Source: Leptogorgia sarmentosa
Lineage: Eukaryota
Assembly: GCA_964658305.1 (NCBI GenBank)
Contig: OZ210885.1
Span: forward strand, 24,428,001-24,492,000
Length of the DNA: 64,000 nt
Direction of reading: 5' to 3'
The position numbers were made by a program, and so were the translations under genes. Under the pieces are notes generated by a model. It made no database searches, was not told the DNA's origin, and worked only from the letters and a program-made list of their open reading frames with translations. How positions within the stretch are numbered: the first letter of the stretch is position 1; every line of letters starts with the position of its first letter. Shown in pieces: positions 12,553 to 24,616 of the stretch.

Positions 12553-14937
12553 CTAGAACCTATCCTTCAAAAGGTTTATCATACGTTTTCTCTCTTCCAA
12601 CTCCATCTGCATCTTTACTTCTCTCTCTTTTGCCTCAGCTTCAAACTTCCCCTTTTGGAATTCCAATTCCATTTTACGTAACTCAAGTTCTTTGTCTTTT
12701 AAATTACCTTTAGTTTCATATTTTTCAGCAAGAATATCCAGCGCTGCCCGCTGACTTGTTCTCTTCCTATATTTCCTCTTTCTACCTACTAAAAAGAAAA
12801 ATATTTTATGTTTGTATTATGTACTTGTTCATCAATTATGATATTTGAAAAGCATACTGTACATAAATACATGAAGACAAGAAACTACATGTAACTTCAA
12901 TTGTCCTGATCCATGTCAATGTGTATATTCTTTACTTACTTTTCTTTAAAACTAGTGTCTGTTGAAGTGCTACAATCTTGTTCATTGTCCTCATCTTCAA
13001 CATCAGAACTGCTGTCACTACTACCTACATTGTTTTTCGTCTCTAGTGAATACATAAATGTAAATATTAATTAAAATGCAAACCATTAAAATATATTTTA
13101 TTAACACATTGAGCTGCAAACATTGCAGCTCATTGGTTTAAATAGAGCCATTGTGAAATTTCATAGTTGACCAATTAAATTGCAGAGCTTTACCAATGAC
13201 AATTAGTAAAATTAAAACAAAGCAAAGTAACAATCTTGATTGATTGATTGAATAATTAACTTACTTGCCATCCCACTCAAAGCTGCTGATCGCATGGTTA
13301 AAGCCTTTTGATGGTCATCATCTACTTTCTGTTTCTTTTTTTCTTTTTCTCTCTGCTTGAGTTCTTCTTGGTCATGCCTAAATGTGTATATATCTTCCAA
13401 CAATTGCTGTAATTCATTAAAATCCTCCTCAGTACCAGACCTAAAAATGTATGCCATGTTTTCAGTCATTGTGGGAAAACCTGCCATAGTACTGTATGCT
13501 GTGTATAATTATTTGAACAATTTGTTATATTTTTATATTTTTTGTTAATGTTGAAACGTTGATTCAAGTTTATTACTCAATTATTTTCCCATTTTGAACT
13601 TATGGTGTTCTCATTTGGGGTAACACATATAAAACTAACATTGAACCATTAATTATTTTACAAAAGAAAGCTTTACGTATTATAACATTTTCTAATTTCT
13701 CTGCTCACACCTCACCTATCTTTAAATTATATAATTTACTAAAATTCTCGGATATCGTAAAATTTTATATGGCGATTTTTATGCATCAGTTCAGTTCTGG
13801 TAAGCTCCCAACTAATTTCTACGATTTCTTCTCGCTAATCAACACTAAGCATAAATATAATACTCGCTTAGCATCCAAATCTTCTTACTCTCTTCCTCGG
13901 ACTCGAACAAATTATGGAATTTTTAATATAAGATATTCCGGTCCAAAAATTTGGAATTCAATTGATGAATCAATAAAATCACTCAGTATTTATCCTTTTA
14001 AACGACAACTCAAAACCTATTTCATTATCGTATACTAATTTTATTGTCAGTTTTGTAATATAGCTATCCTCAAATATTTCTATGATTACCATATCTCATG
14101 TAATTAATGCCTCAGTGATTTATTCCACTTAAGGTCATCTGACTCGACTAGCCAGTAAAGGTTATTTCAGATGGCCTGTACTTCCTTCTTTTGTAATTTA
14201 ATATTGTATATTTTATCTATCTTGTAAACTTGAAGTACTTAATAAATTGATTGATTCATTGATTAATATAAAATAGGTATCTACAATACCGTAGGGGATC
14301 CCAGTCTCACAGACAAATAATTGAAATTACATGAGAATGCATTCATGTAAAATCATGTTATCATTCAGTTTATGCCTGACTTATACATACTGAAAAGCTG
14401 GTAGTCAGTTGTCACTATAAACACACACATCCAGACACTCTGCCCTTAGAAGCCCCATTCAAATGAATGCATTTTTTACAACTGACACCTGAACAGTAAG
14501 TTTTTATTGTACCGTTTTACAATTACATTCACACAAGGTATATTCAAGAAAGCATAAGCAAAAATACAATTCAAGAATTATTTACCTTTTTAGAGATTTT
14601 TTATCTTCATCTTTGTATTTTTTCAGTAATCATTCTAACCATTCGCTACACGCCCTTCCAGACAAATCAACAGGTTTTTCCACCGTACTGAAAGCATTAC
14701 TGAGAATTCCTGCAATGACATCCCACTCCGAAGAGCTAGTGGGTCTTCGTGCTGCTACTTCAGTTGCAAGCATAATATTGTTGGCCATAGAAGGCCATCT
14801 GAAAGGGGCCATATATTCCTCCTAACAAAAACAAAAAATACTAAATATAATAACACGTTATTCCTCATTGTTCTTCACTTCTTCTAAATAAAGTATCATA
14901 TCACTAAAGTCAAACTTTCAGATGTAAAGCACGCCAT
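12553..14937 (-). pseudogene. Harbinger accessory Myb/SANT-like DNA-binding protein with coiled coil
   Basis: Exons LATEVAARRP...WDVIAGILS...GRACSEWLE*LL (internal stop), SGTEEDFNELQQLLEDI, and a coiled-coil last exon; lies inside the TIRs opposite the transposase. Confidence 0.7.
13570..14265 (+). mobile_element. 5'-truncated CR1/L2-like LINE 3' end in an intron
   Basis: YGVLIWGNTYKTNIEPLIILQKKALRIITFS...HKYNTRLASK...YSGPKIWNSI is typical of the ORF2 C-terminus; ends with AATAAA and a (TTGA)n tail. Confidence 0.8.
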
Positions 14938-15242
14938 GTTTGTTTTGAATTGCTCATACATATTCATCAAAATCCTGTAGTTTGTTTAACTGTTTGATCA
15001 AACCAAGCGAGTATTTATAAACAATAGACATAAAAGTGTATCAGATTACACTACAAACGTTGATTGGGCAGGTAAAAGTTGGATAAAAACCTTGCGGTGA
15101 TTGACTTACCTCAACAAGCCCTTCCAGTGGTAGAAACGCGAACTTCGAACGTGTAAATTGACGGCAAGACATTGGTCACGTGGTTTTTTAGCGGTTTGCG
15201 GTTTGCCGATGTTGCAAAAAACGTCAATCTAAAACTCTCTTT

Positions 15243-15536
15243 AACAATTGGATTACGAGCTCGAGATTTCTATGAGGTGATAGTTGATGAGGGCGAAGCC
15301 CGAATCAACTATCATCTCGTAGAAATCGAGAGCGAGTAATCTAATTGTTTTAGTAGAATCAGAGATCAAACGTGAAAATATTGCAAAAAATAATTTAAAA
15401 CCGCATCTCAGAAGACATTTTCTTGAACGAAAATTCGCATGTTTTGCTACTCGCTATCTATCGAGGAATAGATAGCGAGTAGAGTAGCCAATCAAATTGC
15501 AGCATTTGCAATAGTATAAGAGTATGATTCTACTAA
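15243..15536. mobile_element. Non-autonomous Crypton-like element
   Basis: Long terminal hairpin centred on GGGCGAAGCCC plus inverted repeat TTAGTAGAATC/GATTCTACTAA; inserted in the Gypsy LTR. Confidence 0.55.
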
Positions 15537-16923
15537 ATTGTGTTAGAGTAGACTGGGAGTGATAGACTAAGGGAGTAAATAAAACATAACAAAAACTTTA
15601 CAATATTGAAGAACTTTAATAAGTTACAAAAGTCCTTGTTTCAACCTGAGAAACAAATTAATGAAACTCATTTATCTTTGAATTTTTCGAATACTAGACA
15701 TACAATTTTCACTTCAAACTATACTTAAAAACATTTCATTCACAATCCCAACAATGTATTGCTTGCCTTTAATATTTTTATACACTGCCGTGTTTTTGCC
15801 ATTTTAAAGTAAAGGTTTGATATGAGAATTAGTCTTCAACTCAAACGGAAAGGCATGTGAACCTCAAGTCCTTTTTTTCATTACCTATTCTATAGAAATT
15901 TTTTATTTTCACATTATGTTATTCAGAAAACACTGACATATCATACGATGTATAGCTTGGCCTGGGGACCGAATCATATCAATGCGTTTTTTTACTTTGA
16001 ACATTCATGTAATATGATGCGTTTCTGAGGAATGTGCATGTTAAATTTCAGGTCATTTTCTCGCTTCATTCTAGCCATAGTTTTTTCATTTTGCAATATA
16101 TTATACATATTTCAATGATAATTCCAACAATGTATTGCTTGTCCTTAATATTTTTATACACTGCCGTGTTTTTGCCATTTTAAAGTAAAGGTCTGATATG
16201 AGAATTAGTCTGCAACTCAAACGGAAATGCTTGTGAACTTCAAGTCCTTTTTTTAATTACCTATTCTATAGAAATTTTTTATTTTCACATATGTTATTCA
16301 GAAAACACTGATATATCATACAATGTATAGCTTGGCCTGGGGACCGAATCATATCAATGCGTTTTTTTACTTTGAACATTGATGTAATATGATGCATTTC
16401 TGAGGAATGTGCATGTTAGATTTCAAGTCATTTTCTCGCTTCATTCTAGCCATAGATTTTTCATTTTGCAATATATTGTACATATTTCAATGATAATTCC
16501 AACAATGTATTGCTTGTCCTTAATATTTTTATACACTGCCGTGTTTTTGCCATTTTAAAGCAAAGGTGTGATATGAGAATTAGTCTTCAACTCAAACGGA
16601 AATGCTTGTGAACTTCAAGTCCTTTTTTTAATTACCTATTCTATAGAAATTTTTTATTTTCACATATGTTATTCACAAAACACTGATATATCATACAATG
16701 TATAGCTTGGCCTGGGGACCGAATGATATCAATGCGTCTTTTTACTTTGAACATTGATGTAATATGGAGGGTCTCCCAGGGGTTTTGGGGGAACAAGGGA
16801 ACAGGGTAATTTTAACAATGGGAACACGGGAACAAAGAAAAAAAATCATGAGGAACAAGGGAACACAATATATTGGAGAACAGGGGAACAGAGCCCCTTC
16901 ACAGCTTCACTCACTGGTCTTTA

Positions 16924-17564
16924 AGCCCGGCGCACACTAGAGGAAACAGCTAAGCTGAGCGTCACTCGTGAACGTTGGCGTAAGCTGTTTCCTCTAGTGC
17001 TATCGGCGACAAATATTCAACATGTTGAATACTTTTGGCGGGAATGACATTTTCCTCCAAGTGTGCGCGCGTCCTGAGGAAATAGATCAGCAGTCGAAGG
17101 GACTGCGCATGCGTTCAAAACTCAATTATCAAGATGGCGGATGATGAATCAAGCTCCTCTGAAGATGAAGAAATTTTATTGCTCCTTTTATTACTGAGAC
17201 GAAGACGCTTGAGAGCGGCTAATAGAAAGACGTGGGTTAAGCAGTGGATTTTACGCAGCCAAGTTTATCTTCCAGAATGGCTTCAGCAACTAATACCGAA
17301 CTGCTTGCCGCCATCTTGAGGTTAGAAAACAATAAAATACGCATGCGCAGTCCCTTCGACTGCTGAGCTATTTCCTCAGGACGCGCGCACACTTGGAGGA
17401 AAATGTCATTCCTGCCAAAAGTATTCAACATGTTGAATATTTGTCGCCGATAGCGCGCGTGGCAGAAATCACAGAAAACGGCTGCGCACACTAGAGGAAA
17501 CAGCTTACGCCAACGTTCACGAGTGACACTCAGCTTAGCTGTTTCCTCTAGTGTGCGCCGGGCT
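16924..17564. mobile_element. Harbinger-derived MITE with long TIRs
   Basis: TTA|AGCCCGGCGCACACTAG...CTAGTGTGCGCCGGGCT|TTA. The interior retains a Harbinger transposase-like N-terminus (MADDESSSSEDEEILLLLLLLRRRR..WVKQWILR). Confidence 0.85.
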
Positions 17565-17841
17565 TTACTACACAGAACACAAAATATTATGACCCAACAT
17601 ATTGTAGATAAAATATACGCATATTACATCATTGTCATCATTTCTAGTGACTTTAGAAAGTTTTTTGCCTGTTTGTCTTTAATAACTTCAAATCTTTAAT
17701 GACTTTAATACCATCGACGTCCCTGAGTTCTGAGGGAAAACCCAACATATGCAGCTTAGATAAAGTACAAAGCTTGCTGTTCCGGTTAATTGAGCCTGTG
17801 AGCAAATGACGCAAATTAAAGAAATTTTTACAGTAAAAAAG

Positions 17842-20800
17842 ATGGAGGCAGATACTGATCAAGATGCTGTTCATGCTGACCGTATATTGCTGCCGGTGAC
17901 TGCAGCAATCTATCAAAATGGCATGGAGAAACCTGCAATGAGATGGTCTTTCGAAATCGAAGTTGGCGCCCTAAGCGATAAAGAGTTGCACGTATTTATT
18001 GAACGATTAAAAAGAGGTTTTGGAATCGCCAATCGATGCACAGAACTAAAAATACAGAAGTTTAAAGTTTCATTGAGCATTAAGGACTTTACATCGTTGC
18101 CAGAATTTCCAAAGGGGAGACTATTTGAAGTGGATTGTCAAGAGCAATGGCAGCCTGCGCTGAAAAAAATTGTCAACCGAGAGCGAGAATTGATTGGTAA
18201 GTTGAGGCTGTTGCGTTGAATTGTCAGTCGAGTCAGTCGAGCGCATATGGGAGTTTTTCTGGCCAATCCTTTGCTAATCCTTAAAAGTAGAAAAGGCACT
18301 TCCTTATTTGAAAATATTGGAGTATTCCTCAATGATAGTCCTTATATTCATGTTATTTCATGGTCATTCATGCTAAATGTGTTTATAATGTGATGTGATG
18401 TATTGCTGTATGGTGGAGTTCATTGGAATTTGGCAAAATGCAGCTGGGAAAACAGCCAATGACTGTCAGTGTTTCTAGCAGATACCCCCTTTCTTATCTG
18501 AGAAAAAGTACATAAATTAAATAATCAGTGATTTTTTAAATGGTTCATAATTATTCCCAATGTAAGTGTACATGTAGTCTTTGGGAGCACATTGGCATAT
18601 ATTATTCTACTTGTCTATATAATATTTTTTCATTTCTGGTTTAGTAAAAGTATATGAAATTGAGTTGGTACGTGCATATTCAATTACAAACACTGCCAAT
18701 GCTGTCAATACAGCAGAGTCTACAAAAACAGTGACAACAGTGACAACAATCAAAACAGCTTCCTTAAAACCAGGCAAGTCAACTAAATCACCAGCTTTTC
18801 GTGGCAACAATACAGTGGACACTCACCGACAATTAGATGAAAAATTGTTCAGATCTCTCAGTGGGAAGCATGAGACTCAGGTTAATAGGACGGAACGGCA
18901 AGAAGAAAAATGGAAACTATTCAAAGCTGGTAGGAATGTGAATTAATTGCATGAACTGTATGTGACATTTATTACTGCTATTAATGGTCAAAAAGTTACC
19001 ATAGTCTTTGAATTGAATTGATTTATTGACACTGAGTCAAGAGCCACATCTCACCAAATTATTTGATATTTATGACTTTATGTTGTCATTAGAGCTGTGA
19101 ATTTTTAATAATTGTTATAGTGACAGTAAACATGTTATTGAGTTAATAAACAATTATTGGATGAGGCTGAGCATGATATCAAGAATTATTCAGACCGAGG
19201 TCGATGTTATCTGCCGAAGCGAAGCTGAGGCGGATAACATTGACCTCGGTCTGAATAATTCTTGATATCATGCAAAAGCCGAATCTAATAATTGTTTTAT
19301 TATACATTTAAAAGAGAGTTCACTTTCATTCAGCGAAGCAAATCTGCCGCAGGCCATTGTTTGTTTGTTTGTTTTTTCGCGCGCTTTTAGCTTCAAGCTT
19401 TTGACAGCGCTGGGGCTTGGGCACGAGAGAGTCCAATAATTTTTTTTTTGGATGCAAGTTCGATCCAAAAAAATAATTATTGGACGCTGATGACGTCATC
19501 GGCGGAAAATACGTAATAAATACCGAGAATTAGCCGGTGCTTTCTGACCAATCAGGAACGAGAATAAATTTTAAATGTATAATAATTGACCTTATTCCCC
19601 TAGTGACTAGTTAATTAACTGTTTATTGCATGATGTAGACCAATTCTCTGTCTAATAGCAGACGATTTACTCTTCAAGGGGAAAACCTTACTGGTATGTT
19701 CGTTTCATGTAGTAAAGGGTCAGGTCAGCTGAGATGTTCTATAAAATTCTATTAAATTCTAGAAATGGAAAGGAGATATCCAGGCACTCATGTTCAAAAT
19801 GAAAGGTGGATTGTATGTAGTTGTGGGGTTACAGTAATGCTGAACAAGCCAAGAGCTCTGAGGTTCTTTGCCCACAGTAAGTACTGTACTTTGTGCTGAT
19901 GTTAACTATAGGTTCAACTATATTTACTTGGGCTACTGTGGTAGAGGTATTTTTTTAACTGCATGTGTTCGTATAGGTTATAGTATGGTTTCGACTTCGA
20001 GTGCAATTTGGGAAAAACATGCATGAAATTTTTTTTAAAAAGATAGTAAATCTTTAAGCAAATTTCCATCTTTCATAATCACTTCTAAAAGTTTGGACAT
20101 GATTAGCTCAAATGAATTTCTTTAATTTGCGTTTTCTGCCAATCAGATTTGTTTGTTACATATTTTTGCACTGTTGTTACAGATTTTTGCACTCCTGTTT
20201 GGGATTAACTGCACTGAAATTGACCAATCACAGTTGAGATTTTCTTGTACATATATTATTTCATCTGTTATTGACTAAAATACCAGTTGTTTTTCTATGG
20301 AATTGTCACCTCAGAATGGATTCCATATTGCAACAGTAGATCTACTGTAATAGGTTCAAAATATCTTACGTCAGTAACGTGATTTGATATATTTATATAT
20401 TTTTTGCAGGACACTGGGACAAATGCAAGCAAAAAAGTGATGTGAAAAAAAGAAAGCAAATGACAATAGCAGAATCACTGACATGCGCCAAAGAAACTAT
20501 CTCTGCTCCATCTGTTGACATTGACAATGACATGCCTGATGACGATCTTCAAAGCTATACTGCTGATATTGATGTGTAAGGGCAGACCCACGTTGTTAAC
20601 GTCATTGGACCCGGACGGACAAGTCACTGCATATTGCTACAGTGTACTTTACAAGTCACTACATGCAACAATTAAAAATAGTTACATTTTCCTTATAAAT
20701 AACGACCGAGGTGACTGTTACGTTTTCCAAGTTATTACCTTTAAATGCAAAATACTTTTGATTTAATTATTTGTGAACATTTGTTGCAGTTGGCTTGTCT

Positions 20801-23800
20801 GTTGGCACATATCAATTCACATGTATATTCTAGCTAGAAATTTCAGTCAAACAAATGTTCATTAAAGGCTGTAAAGATCACTGTTGAATTCTAAAACTTT
20901 CTCTGTGTTGAGACATTTTGACCTATATTTATTACAGTTCCCCTGGAATAGACATAGACAGTTCTTCAGACTATCATTATGAAATGTTACTGAACGAGCA
21001 ACCACTTGACGAAATAATGGCTACGCAGTCAGAGTTTTCTATTGAAAAAACTGATTCGGTCAACTCCGACGACTCATATTCATCGTCTTTTACTTGTTCG
21101 GATTGCGATGAATCTGATGATGTTGATTTTGGACGTCCTTTAGACCCTTTTGCATCCGGAACTGCGGCTGGGATAAAACGTGTGAAAATTCTCGATCCAG
21201 TTACTGACAAGCTACAGAGCTTTTTAGACAGTGGAGTCTTATCCACTGATAGCATGTTCTATGGGCTGCTAGCAAATTCGGTGAGTTACGTGCATTGGCT
21301 CAATGAGTTCAGTTCGTCGAGAGCCTAGAATATCACGGTGGAAGAAAAGTGGTAAACCTTCTTAGAGGCGAAGGGCATGTTGGAGAGGGTGGAGGTGGCA
21401 TGTTCAACTTTGATTGGAAGAAGTGGAATTGGCCGCTGCTGGGAAAAACAACTCGGGACAAGCAATATGAAGGATATACTACAGAGAATGGGATTCATGC
21501 TTCACTGCTGGAATCGTTTATTCTTTCTTGTATAACAGAAAAGACACTTCCATTATACTAGGACGAAAATATAAAAGTTGTTCCTGCTGTTTTGGCAAAA
21601 GATGGAATGCAGTTGAAACCAGGCTTGCTGTTTGATACAAGACAAGGAAAGCTTGTTGGAAGTACTCTTGATATCGACTACAAATTTGTTAAGGACAACC
21701 CTTCACCAAACAAGGAAATGCTTAAGAATAGCATGGTTCAAGAAGCAGAGGTGTCATCTTTAACTACAATAGACTCAAAAATATCCATGGAAGTTGGAGT
21801 TCGCCACCTTGTGAAGGGTTTGGATTCAACTGAATCTGCTGATACTATCAAGAAAGAGTTGAGAGAAGTCAATGTCTGTCAACTTCATTTGCAGCACAAT
21901 CTGATCGAGACAAAAAATGGAGTAATAAACGATCACAAGAAGTGTAACAGTCACTGCATTGACTGTATAGAAAACAAGGACGTTTGCGTTGATTGTGAAA
22001 GAAAAGGTCACAAAAACATTGAACCCGAGCTTCGTGCATGTGATTACTGTATGAAGAATAAGGAGAAGTGCAATAAAGTGGCAGTCATTTGTGTGTCCCA
22101 GGACTCTGAATCTTGAAATTCAGGTAGTCAGAAAATATTGATGGAAGAAAAGAATGAAAATACGAATCCTAGTTTGAACGTTGTTTTCAACCATTGCTGA
22201 TGCTGTTCATGTTGCCAAGCGCAAGCGGCAAGGCTTCAGCAATTGGTTCTTGTGGGTTGATGATGTCAGGATAAACCTGGTACAGCTGCGAGAGCTCAGG
22301 AATGATCCAAGTCTGTATTCGGAGCTGTCGAAATTGATTCCTCTCAGTGCTGTAAGGAACAGAGATAGACAAGATGTTGAGTCAGTTCTCCAAATCTCGG
22401 CTCCAGCTGTAACTGATGTTCTGAAAACCAATGCAGCGAAAGTTACGCATACAGTTGTTCCAGAAAGGTACAGAATCACAGACGACAACAAGGAGGGCGT
22501 ACTTAAGAATCCTGTTGGTATTGCCATCGGTCCTCTTGGCAACATGTTCATAAGTGACATTGGATCACAGAAAGTTTTGAAAGTTAGAGTTTCGCACTAT
22601 CCAGCAAACGTAACAGTGGAAGTGGACTCTCTAGACTGCCCTGTTGGTATTGCTGTGCAGAAAGGTGTGCTTTACATTGCAGAGTCTAGAAAGAGTTACA
22701 TTGTGTTTAAAGACCTTACTGGTCAAACTGTACTTGATCCTAACAAGCTAACAGTAGCACAGTTGCGGAAATTCCTAAAGGAAGCTGGTGCTTGGGATGA
22801 TAGCGACAACAGGAAAAAGAAGAAACCATTGAAAGACAAGTTGCAACAAGTCTTGAAAGAGAGATTGTCCAAAAGAGGCTGTGTTTGTTCTAACAAGCTT
22901 CAAATGGAGAACAGTATTCAAAATCCTCTTGCTTTGATCTTTGACAAAGATGGTCATTTGTTTGCGTCCACAAAACAAGGAACCGTGTTCAAAATCAAAG
23001 TGGAATCAGATCTTGTGAGCTTGAAAGGAGTGGTCATTGCTCAAATTGCAATAGGCTGTGGCCTTTCTCTATGGATTGGCTATTCTCAATGATGTACTGT
23101 ATGTTGCATCCCACGACGATGACGAGTGTTTTCAATTAACTTTCAAGAGAAGACATTCGACAAGGTCTTGAGAAATGGAGAAGATTGCTCAAAGGTACAT
23201 AGCCTAACAGTTTACAATAACAAACTTCTCTTCAGCGATGTTGGGGATCATTCATTGAAAGTGTGGAATCCTGTGACCTGTGAATGCACACCCCATTCAG
23301 CAAATGGCAAGGGGACGAGGGATGGCAAGAGTGCTCAATTTGTCCAGCCAACCGGTGTATGTGCTGAACGGAAAACAGTCTTTGTGCTAGACAGTTCTAC
23401 GGGCTGTTTGAGAATGACGAGTGAAGTACCTCCGCTAGTGAAATTTCTGAGCAGCCTTCAAGAGTTCTGTGTCACGTTTGGCTTGCATCTGAAAAAGCAG
23501 AAATCAACATCTTTCACAATTGACACAGCAATCACCAGAATCCAAGAAGTATATGACTTTGATTGTCAATGCATAGAACAAGTCAAAGTTTTCCTTGAGA
23601 CAACGGCGCAGACCCAAGGTCCACAAGGAACCATTTCATCAGTCGTTTTAGAAGACGAAAGAAAAATCTTGTTGGCTTTGAAAGAAATTCGAGGTCTGTT
23701 TCAAAAGTATGCTCCACAGCTTTTAAGGGTGTTCAAACTGAAATGCCTCTTGACGCTGGTAGTTGAGAATTTTTTCGCCGAGATGAGGGCAGGAGCATAT

Positions 23801-24616
23801 GATATGCCAATGCAGTTGCAGTTCGACTACCGCTTCAGTCGAGCTATGAAGGAACACTTGAAGCAGATGTGCACAACCAAGTTTTCCTACTACACAAATG
23901 CAAAGTCTCACTATCCAAGAGTGAAATCTGACTTGAAGTATTCAGCTTTGCCAAAGACGTCCCCACCAGCAGCAGCACAGTTAACAAAGCCACAAATGCA
24001 GCAAATGAGAGATTGGCGCATAAAGTATGGTCAAAGTGTTCCACAAAAGACCGTGCGAAACATGAGCACAAAAGACAATCCCGGAACTTTGCCAATAAAT
24101 CTCTATGCCCATGCACAGCCAACTAGCGAGCCTTTGGATTTCTCGAAAATCGCAGATAATGGTGCCCAAACAGATTCGCGTCATGACACGCATGACCTTC
24201 TTCATTCCTCAGGAGACGTTGTTTTTCTTGCTTCGGACGCTATTGCTGGTCGGATGATGATCTACCTTCCACAAGAAAACGTAAGTGCCTTGACAAAGAA
24301 AGCAAGTGCCACCCATTTTGAAGGTGAGCCTTTCAATCCACTGATGTTTACAGAAGGAGGAGCTGTCAAGGTGAATGCCAGAGACATATCGGGTTCTTTG
24401 GAGAAAACTGTTTCAGCTGATGGTAACCTTGAACTGACAGAGAATGAGTTTCTGAGGTATCAGTCGAGAATGATTGATTGTGTAGATGCGGTGACTATTG
24501 AAGAGGCGAGAGAGATTAGTGAGTCCTTGGATGCGGATCAAGAAAGTCTAGTCGATGTAAGGCCAAGGCGTGCAAGAAAGAGGCCACATGCTGACGATTT
24601 TGTTTATTTTGATTGA
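17842..24616 (+). pseudogene. P-superfamily-like DDE transposase with inserted Cys cluster, NHL repeats and SAP-like motif (multi-exon, several lesions)
   Basis: DGMQLKPGLLFD..LVG (D1, 21601), VSQDSES (D2, 22102), DAVHVAK (DxxH, 22199), DRQDV, VENFFAEMR (E, 23765). NHL repeats at about 22501-23420. Probable upstream exons 17842-18195, about 18650-18929, 19762-19877, 20411-20574. Stops at 21559 and 22114, frameshifts near 22180, 23070 and 23125. Confidence 0.75.
19146..19584. mobile_element. Non-autonomous Crypton-like element in an intron
   Basis: Long hairpin centred on CCGAAGCGAAGCTGAGG and inverted repeat TTATTATACATTT/AAATGTATAATAA; same architecture as 15243-15536. Confidence 0.55.

Larger units (their letters stand above)
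10505..15240. mobile_element. Complete PIF/Harbinger-superfamily DNA transposon (two convergent genes)
   Basis: TIRs AGAGAGTTTTAGATTG / CAATCTAAAACTCTCT, flanked by TT on both sides; encodes a DDE_Tnp_4-type transposase and a Myb/SANT-like partner. Confidence 0.9.
6036..15602 (+). mobile_element. Ty3/Gypsy LTR retrotransposon (3' LTR split by nested insertions)
   Basis: 5' LTR about 6036-6202 ending ACTTTACA; PBS; gag-pol; PPT GAGAAAAGGGAAGA at 10414-10427; 3' LTR starts TGTAAC at 10428, breaks at 10504, resumes 15537-15602. Confidence 0.9.

Noticed and set aside
22181..24616. Host NHLRC2/TRIM-NHL gene
   Set aside because: The NHL repeats lie between transposase catalytic motifs inside a TIR/TSD-bounded element.
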